64,000 nt of DNA from Macrostomum lignano (GCA_002269645.1 NIVC01002011.1:124001-188000); one strand, 5' to 3'; positions 24,601-36,997 are shown, counted from the first letter of the stretch. Notes: generated from the sequence alone by a model not told the origin. Made by a program: numbers and translations.

Positions 24601-25779
24601 TTTCATTATTTGAAAAGTTACAACCATTTAAAGTAATTAAAGAAGACAACTTTTTCACCATTTTTTTGTTTTTGCATATGCTAAAAATAGGCTCACTGGA
24701 CACCCTAGCTATGGCAACACTGCTAGTTAATGAAAATCCTAAAAATATTATATAGCCTAGCCATATAGGCCTACTTAAAAATTTATATTAGAAACCTCTA
24801 ATACCTTGTTCTTAATTCACAAAACATAAATCTAGAGATAAACTAACTAGAAACAAAGGGTGTTAGAATTTTATAAATTGATTTTAAGTCTTAGACTTAG
24901 GGAACAAATAAATTTTCTGATGCAACTAGTTTAGTATATATATATGTCAATAATTTTTGAGAAAAAAATAGGCCTAGAGCTAAGACTGAACCAAGCTAGG
25001 GCCTATACCTTGAGAGATAAAAGGTATCTATAAAAGAGATGATAACTGGCTCTAGCTAAAACTTAAAGTTTATAAAGTAGGGCCTACCTAGGCCCTAAAC
25101 TAATATAATAAAAAGGCTAATTCCCTAATGACTTATATATTAAACATAAATTAATTTTATATATAGGCCTAGAAAGCCGATATCTATGTAAACGGTTCAG
25201 ATAGCTGGAAAGCTATTTAACCCAATAAATAAATAAAGGTTACTTACTTAAAGAGTTGCTGACTGCTAGGGGGGAAGTAAAAGAATTAGACACGTGATGG
25301 GGGTGTAGCAATTTAAATAAATGAGGCGTAAAGGCGTTCCGTATGGAAAATTTAGGCTTGAGAAATGCAGTAGCAGTGCCGGGTGCTTTTTATTTAAAGA
25401 TAATTTCATAGAAGGTTCGGGAATTTTCGGGAAGCATGTTGTTTAAGCGCCGCGGAAATTTCGAAATTTCTAGAAAGATGGATACGATAGAGCCTGGTGC
25501 AGTAGTCTATGTTCTAATGGTTTATTTCGTTCATCTGCACCGGTGCAGATAAATGATTTATTTGCACCGGCACAGAGTGCAAATAAACGAGAACTTTATA
25601 TTTTAAAATGAAATCGATTCAACATGAAATTGTAACCATTTAACAATTGCACTTGTGCAACAGTCTAAGTTCCAGTGATATACGCAGAGGCTGACATGAC
25701 GCAGATAACAGTGATTAGTCCTTGTTTACGAATATGATGGTCACCTTATTAGTGTCACCACAAGCCTCAATCCGCATTA

Positions 25780-26170
25780 GTTTGTGCGGTGTTCCTTGAA
25801 CCACAGTAGTTTCACAGAAGTCCGTCCCGGTTGTAGCAGTACTGCCATCGGGTGTAGTCACAGTTGACATGGTCCTTGTACTGATCTCACGAGTTTGACT
25901 GTCGACTTAACCGCATAGAATTGCGCTTACGGTTTTCTGCTTCGTGATAGATGGCGAGATATAGCGCTGTGTAAGCACTGAAATTGTGCTTACATCGAAG
26001 CGAAAAAACAACGGCCTCCTCTCGTCTCAACCGGTTCTATCCAGCAGACCAGCTCTACACTAAAGGGCAGATAACAAAGCTGAGGTTCGAAGGCCAAGCC
26101 AGCAGCCTGCGAACGCGTGACACAGTGGACTCGCAGCAATGCTTTGGGGGTGATATGGTTGCCTAACAAC
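25780..26170 (-). pseudogene. Possible Crypton/DUF3504-type tyrosine recombinase C-terminal relic
   Basis: Ordered degenerate motifs across frames: LRVHCVTRSQAAG (cf. HSLRAT..TRL..AG), RTG* (cf. TGH), QRYISPSITKQKTVSAIL (cf. Y..PS..Q...VS.IL), then a Ser/Thr-rich tail. Confidence 0.33.
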
Positions 26171-26649
26171 GGGACAGAGAAAAATGCTCGAGCGATAACC
26201 CTGCCCCGCTCAAACTATGCATTGCTCTTCATTTTGTCAACTTAACCAGTTTGCTTGCTTGACTATAAAATACACTGTCTTGAACAATTTGTGGCACAGA
26301 GAGAGAGTCGGAGATGTGAGCCTCACACTCATAACAGGGCCCTTGGAGGCCAGTGTGTTAGGAATTCTTTCTGACTTGTGAGCAGAAGATAACAGGAATA
26401 AAAACTGTTATACGCTGTGTTTGTTGGAACCGACGTTCCTTCGATGAGTGAACTGACTTCTTCGTCAGTCAGATTGACAAATCTTTCGGTAGCCATTTTA
26501 ACTAGCTAGCTAAGCCAAGCACTCGCGCTGTCTCTCTTCTTTTTACGAGCGCGTCTTTCATTTAGCGGTACAGTACCTAAATGCTAGTGTCTATGGCCAT
26601 TTTTTCTTTTAGCTTTGTACTTTATGCTATTCAACTGAGGGATACATAT

Positions 26650-27040
26650 AATATTCCCCACAATACCAAGTGTCTAGGGCAAAAATGCATTCGTGCCTCG
26701 CTTATTGAACTCGGCTTCGCCTCGGTCAATAAACAAGTCACTCAAGCATGTATCCCCCTTTTGCCCCGGGCGAGTGTCTATGTGACGCATGTTTTCATTT
26801 ATTTCCCTAGGTGAATAAATCATTTATTTCCCGCTGCCCCGCGGGCTGCTAAATTCGAGACAACAACCATAGACAACGAACGGGGGATACATATCATATT
26901 CCCCACTCATTTAGCTGTCTAGGGCCAAAAGCACTCGGTGTCTCGATCATTGACCTCGGCTTCGCCTCGGTCAATAAACGAGACACCTCTTGCTTTTGCC
27001 CGCTAGACAACAAAATAAATGGGGAATATATACCATTTAC
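26650..27040. repeat. Two copies of a long imperfect hairpin element with core ATTGA(A/C)CTCGGCTTCGCCTCGGTCAAT
   Basis: Cores at 26704-26730 and 26949-26975. Copy 2 folds over ~26897-27028 (ATATTCCCC...GGGGAATAT). No TSD seen. Confidence 0.75.
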
Positions 27041-27042
27041 AA

Positions 27043-28558
27043 CATTTTACTCTCGATTTTGAACAAGGAGAACTTCGAAACTGACAAACTCCTCTTCAAT
27101 ATTGACACTATGGTCGGGCACTCAAAATCTACAATCAATATTGACAGATCAAGCTTCAATTTTGACAAACTCTGGTTCAATTTTGATAATGCACGTTTAT
27201 AGTCAACTTCTCCTGGGAGAATTCGGTAACAAAGTAATCCAATGAAAGCCTGAACGGGGCTGAAGTGAGCTGTGCAAAATCAGCTTATTCTGACTTTGCT
27301 TTTTGGATCTACAAGTATTGATAAAATTTATTTTTCTCCATCCTTTAGACACAGAATAAAATAGCCTGACTGGTTGGGCTGCAAAGTCCGATTCTATTTT
27401 GACAGAGTTGCTTCAAAACTGACACTCTATGGTTTGTGTACCTAAAAAGTCCGCTTCATTTTTGACAACTCCGAATCAATATTGAACAGTTTACAATCGA
27501 TTTTGACTAAGACATTTTTTGAAATAGATTTTAACAATTTTTACTAAGATTTCTCTCTTGAGGGGGGTACTTGCTATTTGGGAGAGGGGCTGCATGTATC
27601 TACGAGTACATGTATGGGAATCTTTCTATCCAGGGATGCTTGCTATCTGGGGGATGCTTAGTATCTGCAGGATGCTTGCTATCTGGGTGTATGCTTGCTA
27701 TCTGGGGGATGCTTAGTATCTGCAGGATGCTTGCTATCTGGGTGTATGCTTGCTATCTGGGGGATGCTTAGTATCTGCAGGATGCTTGCTATCTGGGTGC
27801 ATGCTTGCTATCTGGGTGTATGCTTGTTATCTGGGTGGATGCTTGCTATCTGGGGGATGCTTGCTATCTGGGTGGATGCTTGCTGTCTTGGGGTGTTAAA
27901 TGACCGGCCTTTTGCTAGAGTCTCTTGAGAGAGCAGGGACTCTAGCAAGCATCCCTGGATAGAAAGATTCCCACATGTACTCGTAGATACATGCAGCCAG
28001 TACCCCCTCTCCCAAATAGCAAGTACCCCCCCCCCCTCAAGAGAGAAATCTTAATAAAAATTGTTAAAATCTATTTCAAAAAATTTCTTAGTCAAAATCG
28101 ATTGTAAACTGTTCAATATTGATTAGGAGTTGTCAAAAATGAAGCGGACTTTTTAGGTACACAAACCATAGAGTGTCAGTTTTGAAGCAACTCTGTCAAA
28201 ATAGAATCGGACTTTGCAGCCCAACCAGTCAGGCTATTTTAGTTTTTGTGTCTAAAGGATGGAGAAAAATAAATTTTATCAATACTTGTAGATCCAAAAA
28301 GCAAAGTCAGAATAAGCTGATTTTGCACAGATCACTTCAGCCCCGTTCAGGCTTTCATTGCAGGATTACTTTGTTACCGAATTCTCCCAGGAGAAGTTGA
28401 CTAAACGTGCATTGTCAAAATTGAACCAGAGTTTGTCAAAATTGAAGCTTGATCTGTCAATATTGATTGTAGATTTTGAGTGCCCGACCATAGTGTCAAT
28501 ATTGAAGAGGAGTTTGTCAGTTTCGAAGTTCTCCTTGTTCAAAATCAATGGTAAAATG
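27043..28558. mobile_element. Foldback element: ~600-bp inverted arms around an internal minisatellite
   Basis: The left arm ~27043-27645 is the reverse complement of ~27943-28558 with few indels (the ORF track shows mirror ORFs 26990-27202 and 28366-28575). Confidence 0.92.
27636..27895. repeat. 18-19-bp minisatellite (ATGCTTGCTATCTGGG..) x14 with a 55-bp trimeric higher-order unit
   Basis: ATGCTT at 27636, 27654, 27672, 27691, 27709, 27727, 27746, 27764, 27782, 27801... Confidence 0.9.
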
Positions 28559-28849
28559 GTGTATTGCCCTAGCACTGGTATAAATGGGGAATATATACCA
28601 TTTATCTAACTGTAGCGAAACTACAAGTTTCTAGATTCTTGAGTCAATGTTGATTTGTATTTGCTTTGCGAGTAACGATAAAAAAAGGTTGGGGCACATA
28701 CATGCACTGCAAGAAGCCGAGAACGAAGTGTAAAAGGAAATAGTCTATCAGAAAATAATGACTGGTGTATAGCGTATGGGTTTCACAAACTCGACTAGAG
28801 AGACAAATTGAGTCGCAAATAAAAAGTACAACGAAATATCTATACAGTG

Positions 28850-29110
28850 CAGATGGTGCAGCTAGCAGATGAGAACGCTCCGGTCGTTGTGCTTCAGCGA
28901 TACTCAACAGATCGACCGAGTTGATGTGGCAGCGACTACGTCAGCTGTTGCAATTTGGAAACGTAGTCTTCCACTGAAATTCAGACAGTCGAGAAAGGGT
29001 ATCAGCTATTACGTTGTCTTGTCTGCACCGCGAATGTACTGCAGGACATCTGCCACGTTACTCGGACAAGACAGTATTAGTGTTGTGGTGCGATTGGCGT
29101 GGAAGGCCTG
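28850..29110 (-). pseudogene. Gypsy RNase H C-terminus (distal piece of the split element)
   Basis: PRQ...LSE...DVLQYIRGAD / NVIADTLSRL, then SVDLLSIAEAQ. Confidence 0.7.
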
Positions 29111-29269
29111 AGCTAGGGGTTTATGATCTGTGAACAAGCTCACGCTCAGTCAAGGCACGCATCAGTCTTAGGACGACCACAACACAGCTGAAGCGGCCCC
29201 TGCTGCGGGGCAGCCGCACGTCGAAGCCATGCAGCGGCCCGCCGCCGGCAAAGTCAGCCGCCCAGACTA

Positions 29270-30540
29270 TGGAACCTATTTTCCCGATTACCCCACTTTC
29301 CAGTCGTCAAGAACGAGCGTTCGCACTCAACGAATATCCGCCCCGTCGTCGATGCCTCCGCCAGGACCTCTCTCACCGGTGCTACACTGAACAACTTCCT
29401 CGAGCCCGGGCCCAACCTGTTAAACTCGCTACAAAAGGTCCTACTCGTCCATCGGAGCCATCGCTTCGCCATCACGTCCGATCTCAAGGCCCCATTCTAC
29501 CAAATCGGTGTCAACGCGCCTCACAGTGACGCCCTCCGTGTCATCCTCCCGTATACATCACAAAACCACTCGTCCAGGGCAACTTCGAGATCTGGCGCTT
29601 CACTTGCATAGTCATGGGTGCCTCGCCCAGTCCTTGGATCCTGCTCGCAGTCCTTCATAAAGTTTGTCGGGACGCTATTATATCCGAGGATTCGGCCCTC
29701 ATTCGCCTTGAAATACAGCGCATTATCGGCGGCCTCTACATCGACAACCTCGTCGTCGGTGCCAAAATTGAAGACGACTCTGCCCGCCTCGTCTACGGTC
29801 TCCGCGAGCTTCGCCAGCAACCTCCCTGTCTGCCCGACGAACAAAGCATCACAGGCAATTTTGTCGGCCTCTTGGGCCTATACCAACCTTCGACAAAATC
29901 TCACTCAAAAAGCCCAATTTGTCGCGTCCCGAAGAGCTGACTTGCCGCACACTCTGTCGAGGTGTCTACACCTCCTACGATCCGGTCGACTACTGCATCA
30001 CTCATCCTTGCTGGTCGTCTTCTGTACCGTCAGGCCTTCCAGGTCTCCACTTCCTGGGACGAGGCGGCCAGCCAGGTGACCCGCGATGCTTGGGCAAAGC
30101 TCTGATCTGCCCGATCTCCTCCGGCTCAACGAGATCGCCGCGTCCCCCACTTTGCTATTCAAAACGCCAGCCAGTCGGTACGCATCGTCATGCTCTCCTA
30201 GTGCTTACGGCTTCGCTGTCTACGTCCGGCAGGAACTCAGATCACCTGCGCCTCTCCTCTTCGCCAAGGCCCGCCTCGCCCCCGTCGCCAAGAAAGGCAC
30301 CCGCGCTGCATCGGCTATCAAAGCCTACAACCGTTGGCCTTTCCAACGGCAGGCGTTGCGTTGGCCGGGCCAATGGAACAACTACCCCACCCGTCCGCTG
30401 GCTCGCCCACCTGTCCGGTTGTCGGTCCGGCCTCCAACCTCACCGCTCGTGACTTCCGTGCCCTCCACCGTCAGAAAATCCGTGACGGCATCTTCGATGC
30501 CTGATGCCCCGTGCACCTGCGCTTGTACTGTTGCATTAAC
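29270..30540 (+). pseudogene. BEL/Pao retrotransposon pol relic (RT + RNase H)
   Basis: LPHFPVVK...IRPVVDAS...LNNFLEPGPNLL...AITSDLKAPFYQI; GASPSPWILLA; YIDNLVVG; TSYDPV; AYGFAVYVR...LLFAKARLAPV. Several frameshifts. Confidence 0.88.
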
Positions 30541-31283
30541 CTAAACCTACGTTTGTTCAGAATAGACAACTGCTACGGGCTCACTTGCTAGTCCCCTCCG
30601 CCTCTGTTACCCCCCCCATCCTGCTACTATTGTACTTTGTTTTGCAAAAAAGCCTCATACTTTTTAGTTAGCCGACTCCCTTCGTCTCCCATGCTCTTCC
30701 CCACAGATGTCGAGTATCTGCGTGCATGCACTCAGTGAGCATTGACTCATGTTTAAACTCTCATTATTTTTTTATTATTTTTAATGCTGGCTTGGCACGT
30801 TGGGTTCGAGTTATTTACAATTCGTGCAGGTTCAAATTATGTCATCGTTCACCTGCACGTAGCATCGCTTTACAATAAATTCGGACAAAAGAGCCGCGAT
30901 AGCTGTCACGATTCTTCTACCCATTTTAAACAAGCAGCATAGCTTATCTATCACAATAGACCATCCCAACCGTTCATTTATTACAGTATTGCAGTTACCC
31001 TGTTCGTTATGTTAGCATAAATACAAGTTCGACTCGCGGCTTGAGCCCTTCACTTCGTTTTATTCCGTCCCCTTCTCTGCTAACCGTTCGCAATAAACTT
31101 ATTCAATATTAGTTAATGGGCCCTGCGCCCACTTCTGCTCGTTTTAGTCTTACTATTCAATTTAACTCTTATTTAAATATTCTTTAGTTTAGGTCTATTT
31201 AATCATAGATACGGAAATCAGGCTTGCGAGACTGAAAATTTTGTCTATGGTCGACACTCGTTGGCATAGCAGAGTTCAATTTA

Positions 31284-31803
31284 ATCCTGGGGGCATCAGT
31301 TTGATCATTATAATCATATAACGTTAGATATTCTGTGTTGAAACGAAATTCGCTTCCTCTGCAACCCTCTGTAGGACAAGGATTCGCCACTCTTGTAGCG
31401 AATGACCATCAGGCGGAGTGTCCAGCTCTTCTTGCAGTTGGGGTTGAGCCAGCTGGCGTTTGATGGCTGCCTTCAGGCAGGCGTGCGCGTTCTCCACAGG
31501 ATTAAGGAACTACGAGTAAGGAGGCAATGTCACCAGGCGCCAAACGGGCTAAAATTTATCTGGGATTGTCACTCCATGATGAAAACGGGCTCCATCTACG
31601 ATCACACAGAACTCCTCGCCATCAGGTACATCACCACGACTCGTCACGCTTTGCACCAGATCATTGATGAACGTCTGGAACCTGGATGCCATCATAGTCT
31701 CTCCGAGGATCATATGATGTAAAAGACAAGCTAAAAACAAGTTACCATGACAGTAAAAATGTGCATTGAGTGCATAGAATGATCAAATTGATGCCCCCAG
31801 GAT
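31284..31803 (-). mobile_element. Internally deleted IS630-Tc1-family transposon with 26-bp TIRs and TA TSD
   Basis: TA|ATCCTGGGGGCATCAGTTTGATCATT ... AATGATCAAATTGATGCCCCCAGGAT|TA. The minus strand encodes VIVDGARFHH...LPPYS*FLNPVEN (33 codons between D and E as preserved) with two TAG stops. Confidence 0.85.
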
Positions 31804-31805
31804 TA

Positions 31806-33650
31806 TTCTGCAGTGGTTGGCTGCAGAACAAGGCTGCGGAAGTGCTATACAGCTATGTATGCCACAAGTCGAACTTTCTGTACGTCGAACTTGCTGTTCG
31901 TCGAACTTGCTGTACGTCGAACTTGCTGTACAACTTCTTGCTGAACATGCCAAGAGGTGACGTTCTGGTTGAAAAGGTTTGATGCAGAACGGCACCAACA
32001 CAGCCCGCTGAGGCATCAGTGTACAGGTGGTACGCAGTGCAGTTTGGATCCGGATAATGCAGCAATAATCTCTCTGAGAGAACTTGTTTGACGTTTTCAA
32101 AAGAGTTTATGTGCTGCTCTGTCAATTGGAAGTTTCCTGCTGACTAGTGATGCAGTGAGTAGGTCTTGCAGCGGACAGATGCGGTCAGCGAAGTTTGAAA
32201 CGAATCGGCGATGGAGACCGACGACTCCGAGGAAGCGCCGAAGTGCATTTGAATCAGTGGGTGTCGGCCAGTTAGTGATTATTTGAATCTAATTCTGGAG
32301 AGGTCTTATTCCTTCTGGAGTCACGCGGTGGCCGAGGAAATCTACCTCAGATTGAAAGAACTCGCATTTCTTCAGGTGAACCTGCAGTCCGTGTGTTCGT
32401 AGGCGGTCTAAAACTTGTTCCAAATGCGAGTAGTGGTCTTCCTAGTATTCGAGGAGATCAAGACATCATCGATGCAAGAGATGACGAATGACAGTCCGTC
32501 AAAAAAACAGAGTCGATGAAGCGTTGGAATGTTTGCGCTGCATTTCGCTGGCCGAAGGGCATTTGAGTGTACTTAAACAATCCAAACGGTGTGGTGATAG
32601 CGGTTTCGCAGATATCTTCTTCTACGAGTGGAATTTGATGAAAGGCGCGAACGAGGTCCAACTTTGAAAACACAGTGCTTCCGTAGGTACGTAGTGAAGG
32701 TTTGAAATTGTGGAACCGGATAGTTGTCCGGATTTGTTGGTTTGTTCAGTTCGCGATAGTCACCGCATTGACGCCAGCCCTTGGGTGCCATGTGGAGGGG
32801 TGACGACCAAGCGCTTGAGGATGATCTGAGGTAGCCTGCATCGATTAGTTGCTAGAACTTCTGCTTTGTAGCCTGCATTTTTGCAGGGTGCAGTTGCCGG
32901 GGTCGCAAGTGAACCGGTTGTCCACTACCAGTGTCTAGCCGGTGAACAGTGTCGTGCTTGACCTCTGAAGCTGGCGGAGGGGCTCTGCCTTCAACTAAAA
33001 AAAACAATCTGCAACAATTTGTGAACAGCGTACTCGTCCGAGAATCCAGGTTGGGTGGCAGTCCAACCGATACAGTGAATGGGCTACAATGAACATTTGA
33101 AATTGACCAGGTAACAGTAGATAATCCCGTTTCTGAGTCTAAATCGTGTTTGCGCCGGCAATAGACAACTAATCCATGGTGAGCCAAGAAGTGGTAACCA
33201 ATGATGGATTTTACCACTGAGGCCACGAGAAAGGTCCACCAGAAGGCGCGACGCAAACTGCGGATTGAGACATCCAGCAGGACCGACCCGCGAACTGGTA
33301 TGGTGGCTCCGGTAGTAGTAATTAAACGAACGTTTGTATCTTGAACAAGTGCATTAAATAGTTGAGGTGAAACGATGTAAACCGAGGCTCAAGTGTCCAC
33401 GAGAAACTTGTTGTAGGTTTTGTTTCTTTTAACGTCCAACTCCAAACTGGTGGTTGATGTTGTCTCGGCACTGCGTACCGCGACCACGGTTGCAGTGCAA
33501 CTTTGTTTTCCGACTGTCGAGAACGCGATTGAGATGGCGCATTTTCGTTGGGATGCAGCACTCGAATCGGACGCGAGCTGTCCTTAGAAAACTGGCACCA
33601 GGTGCGACACGACCGAGCATGGCGGCCATAGGGTCTTCTTTAAGTTTATG
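31806..33650 (-). pseudogene. Ty3/Gypsy gag-pol relic (protease, RT, RNase H N-terminal part)
   Basis: FLVDT*ASV (protease), [25 protein letters not shown]...TPFGLF...[55 protein letters not shown]...PLGMFSKKL. Frameshifted. Confidence 0.92.
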
Positions 33651-34559
33651 CTGATAAATTTGTCGTAACCAGGGTCGGTCTGAGGGCCCAGTCCCGAGTA
33701 CAATATAGGTTACATACATGTAATATAACAAGCGTAGTGACGCTCTGTCTAGTACTTATATGGATGCAAGCAGGCGTGACGACGCTCTGCGATAATAGGT
33801 TGCTCCGTCTGGTGTTGTGACACTCAGAGTTCGCGCTGCGGCTCGGTGTGGTGACACTCTCAAGTGCTTTTACAGTGGGTATATAGTATAAGTAGAGGTA
33901 CAGTTTGGTACGAGCTATATGCTCCCGGCGTTATGACGCTCTGGCAAGAACTCCCTGCAGCCTAACAAGCTCCCCATAAAAGAATGAACTCAAGCAATTG
34001 GCTTACCAGTGGCCAAATTACTGTTCGCACGTTTATTGATTTTGCTCGTAGGTCTCAAGCGCAGCTCGACTGACTTTTCAATTGGGGCTAAGTGACTAAT
34101 GTTAACCTTCCCAGATCGCTCGCAGTTTCTTTGATTTAGGTTGGCTAATTTCGCTGTTTCTTACTTGGTAACTTGAGTCAAGTCTCGCTTGCAATCTCGG
34201 AGCGCAACAAAAATCAACAAACGCAGGGCGAGGGCAAAACCCAGAGTCACGCAATAAATACTAACCAAACCCTGGGGCAGACGGCCCCATCGGCTAAGCC
34301 CCCAAAACGAGCAAACTACAAAAAAATAGAGACTGGCCGCGCGCCGGCCAGCTAATCAAAACCCCGCCAAGGGGGGGGGGGGTTGCACCCGCGCCAAAGC
34401 CCGCCCGGCCGAAGCCAACCAGCCCTGAGCACGGGGCAGGGGGCACGGCTGAGGAGGGGCACGAGCAAAGCACGGCCGCCTCATGCATGGTGGGTTCAGC
34501 ACGCCTGTGTAGCACGAGACAGACCAGGCCTACGAGCTACGAGGCCTACGAGGCCTACG

Positions 34560-36065
34560 AGCCTACACCTGCACCCCCTCTATTCTGGTGCAGGAATGGT
34601 AGGAGAACTCTCTCCAAGCTGACTCACAAGCCGACCCAGGGGTTTACGCCCCGCATGTGTTCAAGGCAGCTCTAGGGCTGCTGGACTGACTGGGCTCCGG
34701 CGGCAGCAACCCATCCGTGGCCTGTTGGCCAAGTTGGGTACGGGCTCCGCCCGGAAGTGAACCTGTCCGTATCAGGTACCACTGGCCACCAATACTGAGT
34801 TTCGCAACATTGGTGGAACCCCCACCTTTGACAACGGGCGATGGACGGAGGCCCTCGACGTTACCCTCGTCTCCCATGGCTTGACTCCTTTAGTCAAGGA
34901 CTGGGAGGTTTGGGACGAAGAGGAATCTCTGTCTGACCTTGCAGACTTGCTCAGCAAGACCGTCCTGACAGCCCATGAGGCTTCCTGTCCTCTTAAAGCC
35001 TACAAAGGCAAAAAATCCGCCCCCTGGTGGCACCCGGCGCTTGGATCCCTCTGGCGCAAGGCAAAGTGCCTCCAACGGAAAGCTCGCAAGAGCAAGGACC
35101 CAGCTGACCTGGCCGCCTACCAAGAAGCGATCCGCGACTTTAAGCGTGAAACCAGGAAAGCCAAGTCCGACAAATGGCGCCAATACTGCGCGGAGTTAGA
35201 AGGCACCCGCACTTCGCGCGTAGTTAAGGCTCTCACCCTCGACAAAATGTCAAAGCTCTCAGTCATTAAAAGACCGGACGGCCGGCTCGCTGAGAACCCT
35301 GGGGAATCGCTGGACATTATGCTCACCAGCTCTTTTTTCCCACGTGCCGCACCGCAGCTAGGCCCACCGGACCACTCTCCGGGCGGACAGATCCTGGCTT
35401 CGACAATCATCACTAGAGAAAGGACGGCTCGCGTCGCAAAATCCTTCTCTCCTTTCAAGTCTTCGGGTCCTGACAACATTTATCCTGCCTTCCTTCATGA
35501 GGCAGTTAAAAATGACAGGCTTCTCGGCCAACTCTGCAACCTCTTTAAGGCCAGCATTACTCTCGGGTACGTGCCTAAAGCCTGGCAAGAGGCTACGGTA
35601 GTCTTCCTACCCAAGCCAGGGAAGGGAGACTATCACTCTGCCAAAGCTTACCGCCCTATCAGTCTGACGTCTTTCTTCCTCAAACTGATGGAACGGCTGG
35701 TGCTCTGGCGCCATCTCCTCGTAGAGCTGAGGAACTCCCCGCTCTCCCCTAATCAGCACGCCTTTCGTCCTGGACGCTCCATCGAAAGTGCGCTGCACGC
35801 AATTGTCGACAAGCTGGAGCGCGCCGTACTTTGCAGTGGATACGCGCTGTCGCTTTTCCTCGACATTGATGGTGCTTTTAATAATGTGCTCTTTGATGCC
35901 TTTAAGCGGGCCCTGGAATCCCGGGGCAGGCACGAGCACCTCACTCGCTGGATCATGTACATGGTCTCCCATCGTACTGCCACCTCCTGGGACACTCGCG
36001 CTCCGTGGAAGTCTAGAAAGGCGGAGGTGCAATACTCAGCCCGATCCTCTGGAATTCAGTCATGA
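34560..36065 (+). mobile_element. LOA/R1-group non-LTR retrotransposon fragment (5' region, APE tail, N-terminal half of RT)
   Basis: NIGGTPTF...ALDVTLVS...WEVWDEEESLSD (APE end) is in frame with ORF 34881-36065: APWW, KSSGPDNI, VVFLPKPGK.DY..AKAYRPISL, QHAFRPGRS, LFLDIDGAFNNV. Homology ends before the GxPQG motif. Confidence 0.85.
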
Positions 36066-36283
36066 ACGAGCTGCTTGTTACAAAGAGTAAATAGCTAACG
36101 TTGGCTCACCATTATTATTGTAGTAGCAGGTTAGTGAACACATTAGTAGATGCAGTTATAGAATTAGTGCAGATATTTATTGTTATTGATTATTTACATA
36201 ATTAATTATTCGGCATGTAGATCATTCTATGTAATGACCTGCGAATTCAATGTATGACCTGTGGATGAGCCTACGAGCAAGTT

Positions 36284-36900
36284 GTGAAATCCTGGTATTG
36301 CGGAAATCCTTCTCAATGTGTTGAGTTTGGCAATGGTGTTGCCAGCCCGGAGAAGTGTTGCTTTAAATTTGGCTCCTTGTCGAGAGTGACACCCAGGAAG
36401 GTTGCAGAGTCACAGTACTGGATGTCATCCTTGCCTAATTTGAGCGAAGGCTTTTCAGGGCCTGCAATGCGATCACCTTTGTGTTTGAAGAAAGAGACTG
36501 CCTTTCCGTTGGTCGGGTTGGAGATGCCCAGCCATTTATTCAAAATTATGAAGTTACCCATTGAGTCTTTTGGCAGACATACGGGACTTTCTGGCCAAAG
36601 CCCAGACAGCAAGATCGTCTGAGATATGGCTAAATTTGACCCTATTGTCCAGAGGCCTTGGAATCGAGCTGACGTAGACAATGACGAGGAGGGGGACAGC
36701 ACGCCGCCCTGAGAGACGCCAGCTGCTGGCTTAAGGAATATCGCATTCAAGGAATCGCCTAAGATAATTATGTCAGACTCCGTCAAAGGCACCCTTGACG
36801 TCAGGAAGACGCCAATGGTGTAGTTCTTAAGTTGGAGCATCTTCAGAACATCGTCTGTGACGCGTACAATGTTGTCAAACGTATAGTGGTCTTGTCTGTA
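36284..36900 (-). pseudogene. Second non-LTR RT fragment of a different family, opposite strand
   Basis: RQDHYTFDNIVRVTDDVLK...YTIGVFL, GVSQGGVLSP, HISDDL (degenerate YADD), ATFLGVTLDK. Confidence 0.75.
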
Positions 36901-36997
36901 CGCGCATTGGTCTTTATTTATAATTCATTTATTTTTAAGTATGCTTCGCAGGCAACTAAACTTCTCATAAATTTTTCACAGGAATGAGGTTGAACTT

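Noticed and set aside
21915-24710. Terminal inverted repeats for an element spanning the CpG desert (AGGGTCCAATG vs CACTGGACACCCT)
   Set aside because: The similarity is too short and imperfect, and no TSD was found.
26589-26874. IS3EU-type TAYGG...CCRTA termini as the explanation for the CCATAGAC motif
   Set aside because: The outward-facing reading gives no matching target-site duplications in the flanks I checked.
34881-36065. 394-aa ORF as a functional reverse transcriptase
   Set aside because: It lacks the GxPQG and YADD motifs. The fragment at 36284-36900 overlaps in domain coverage and belongs to another family, so it is not the inverted missing half.
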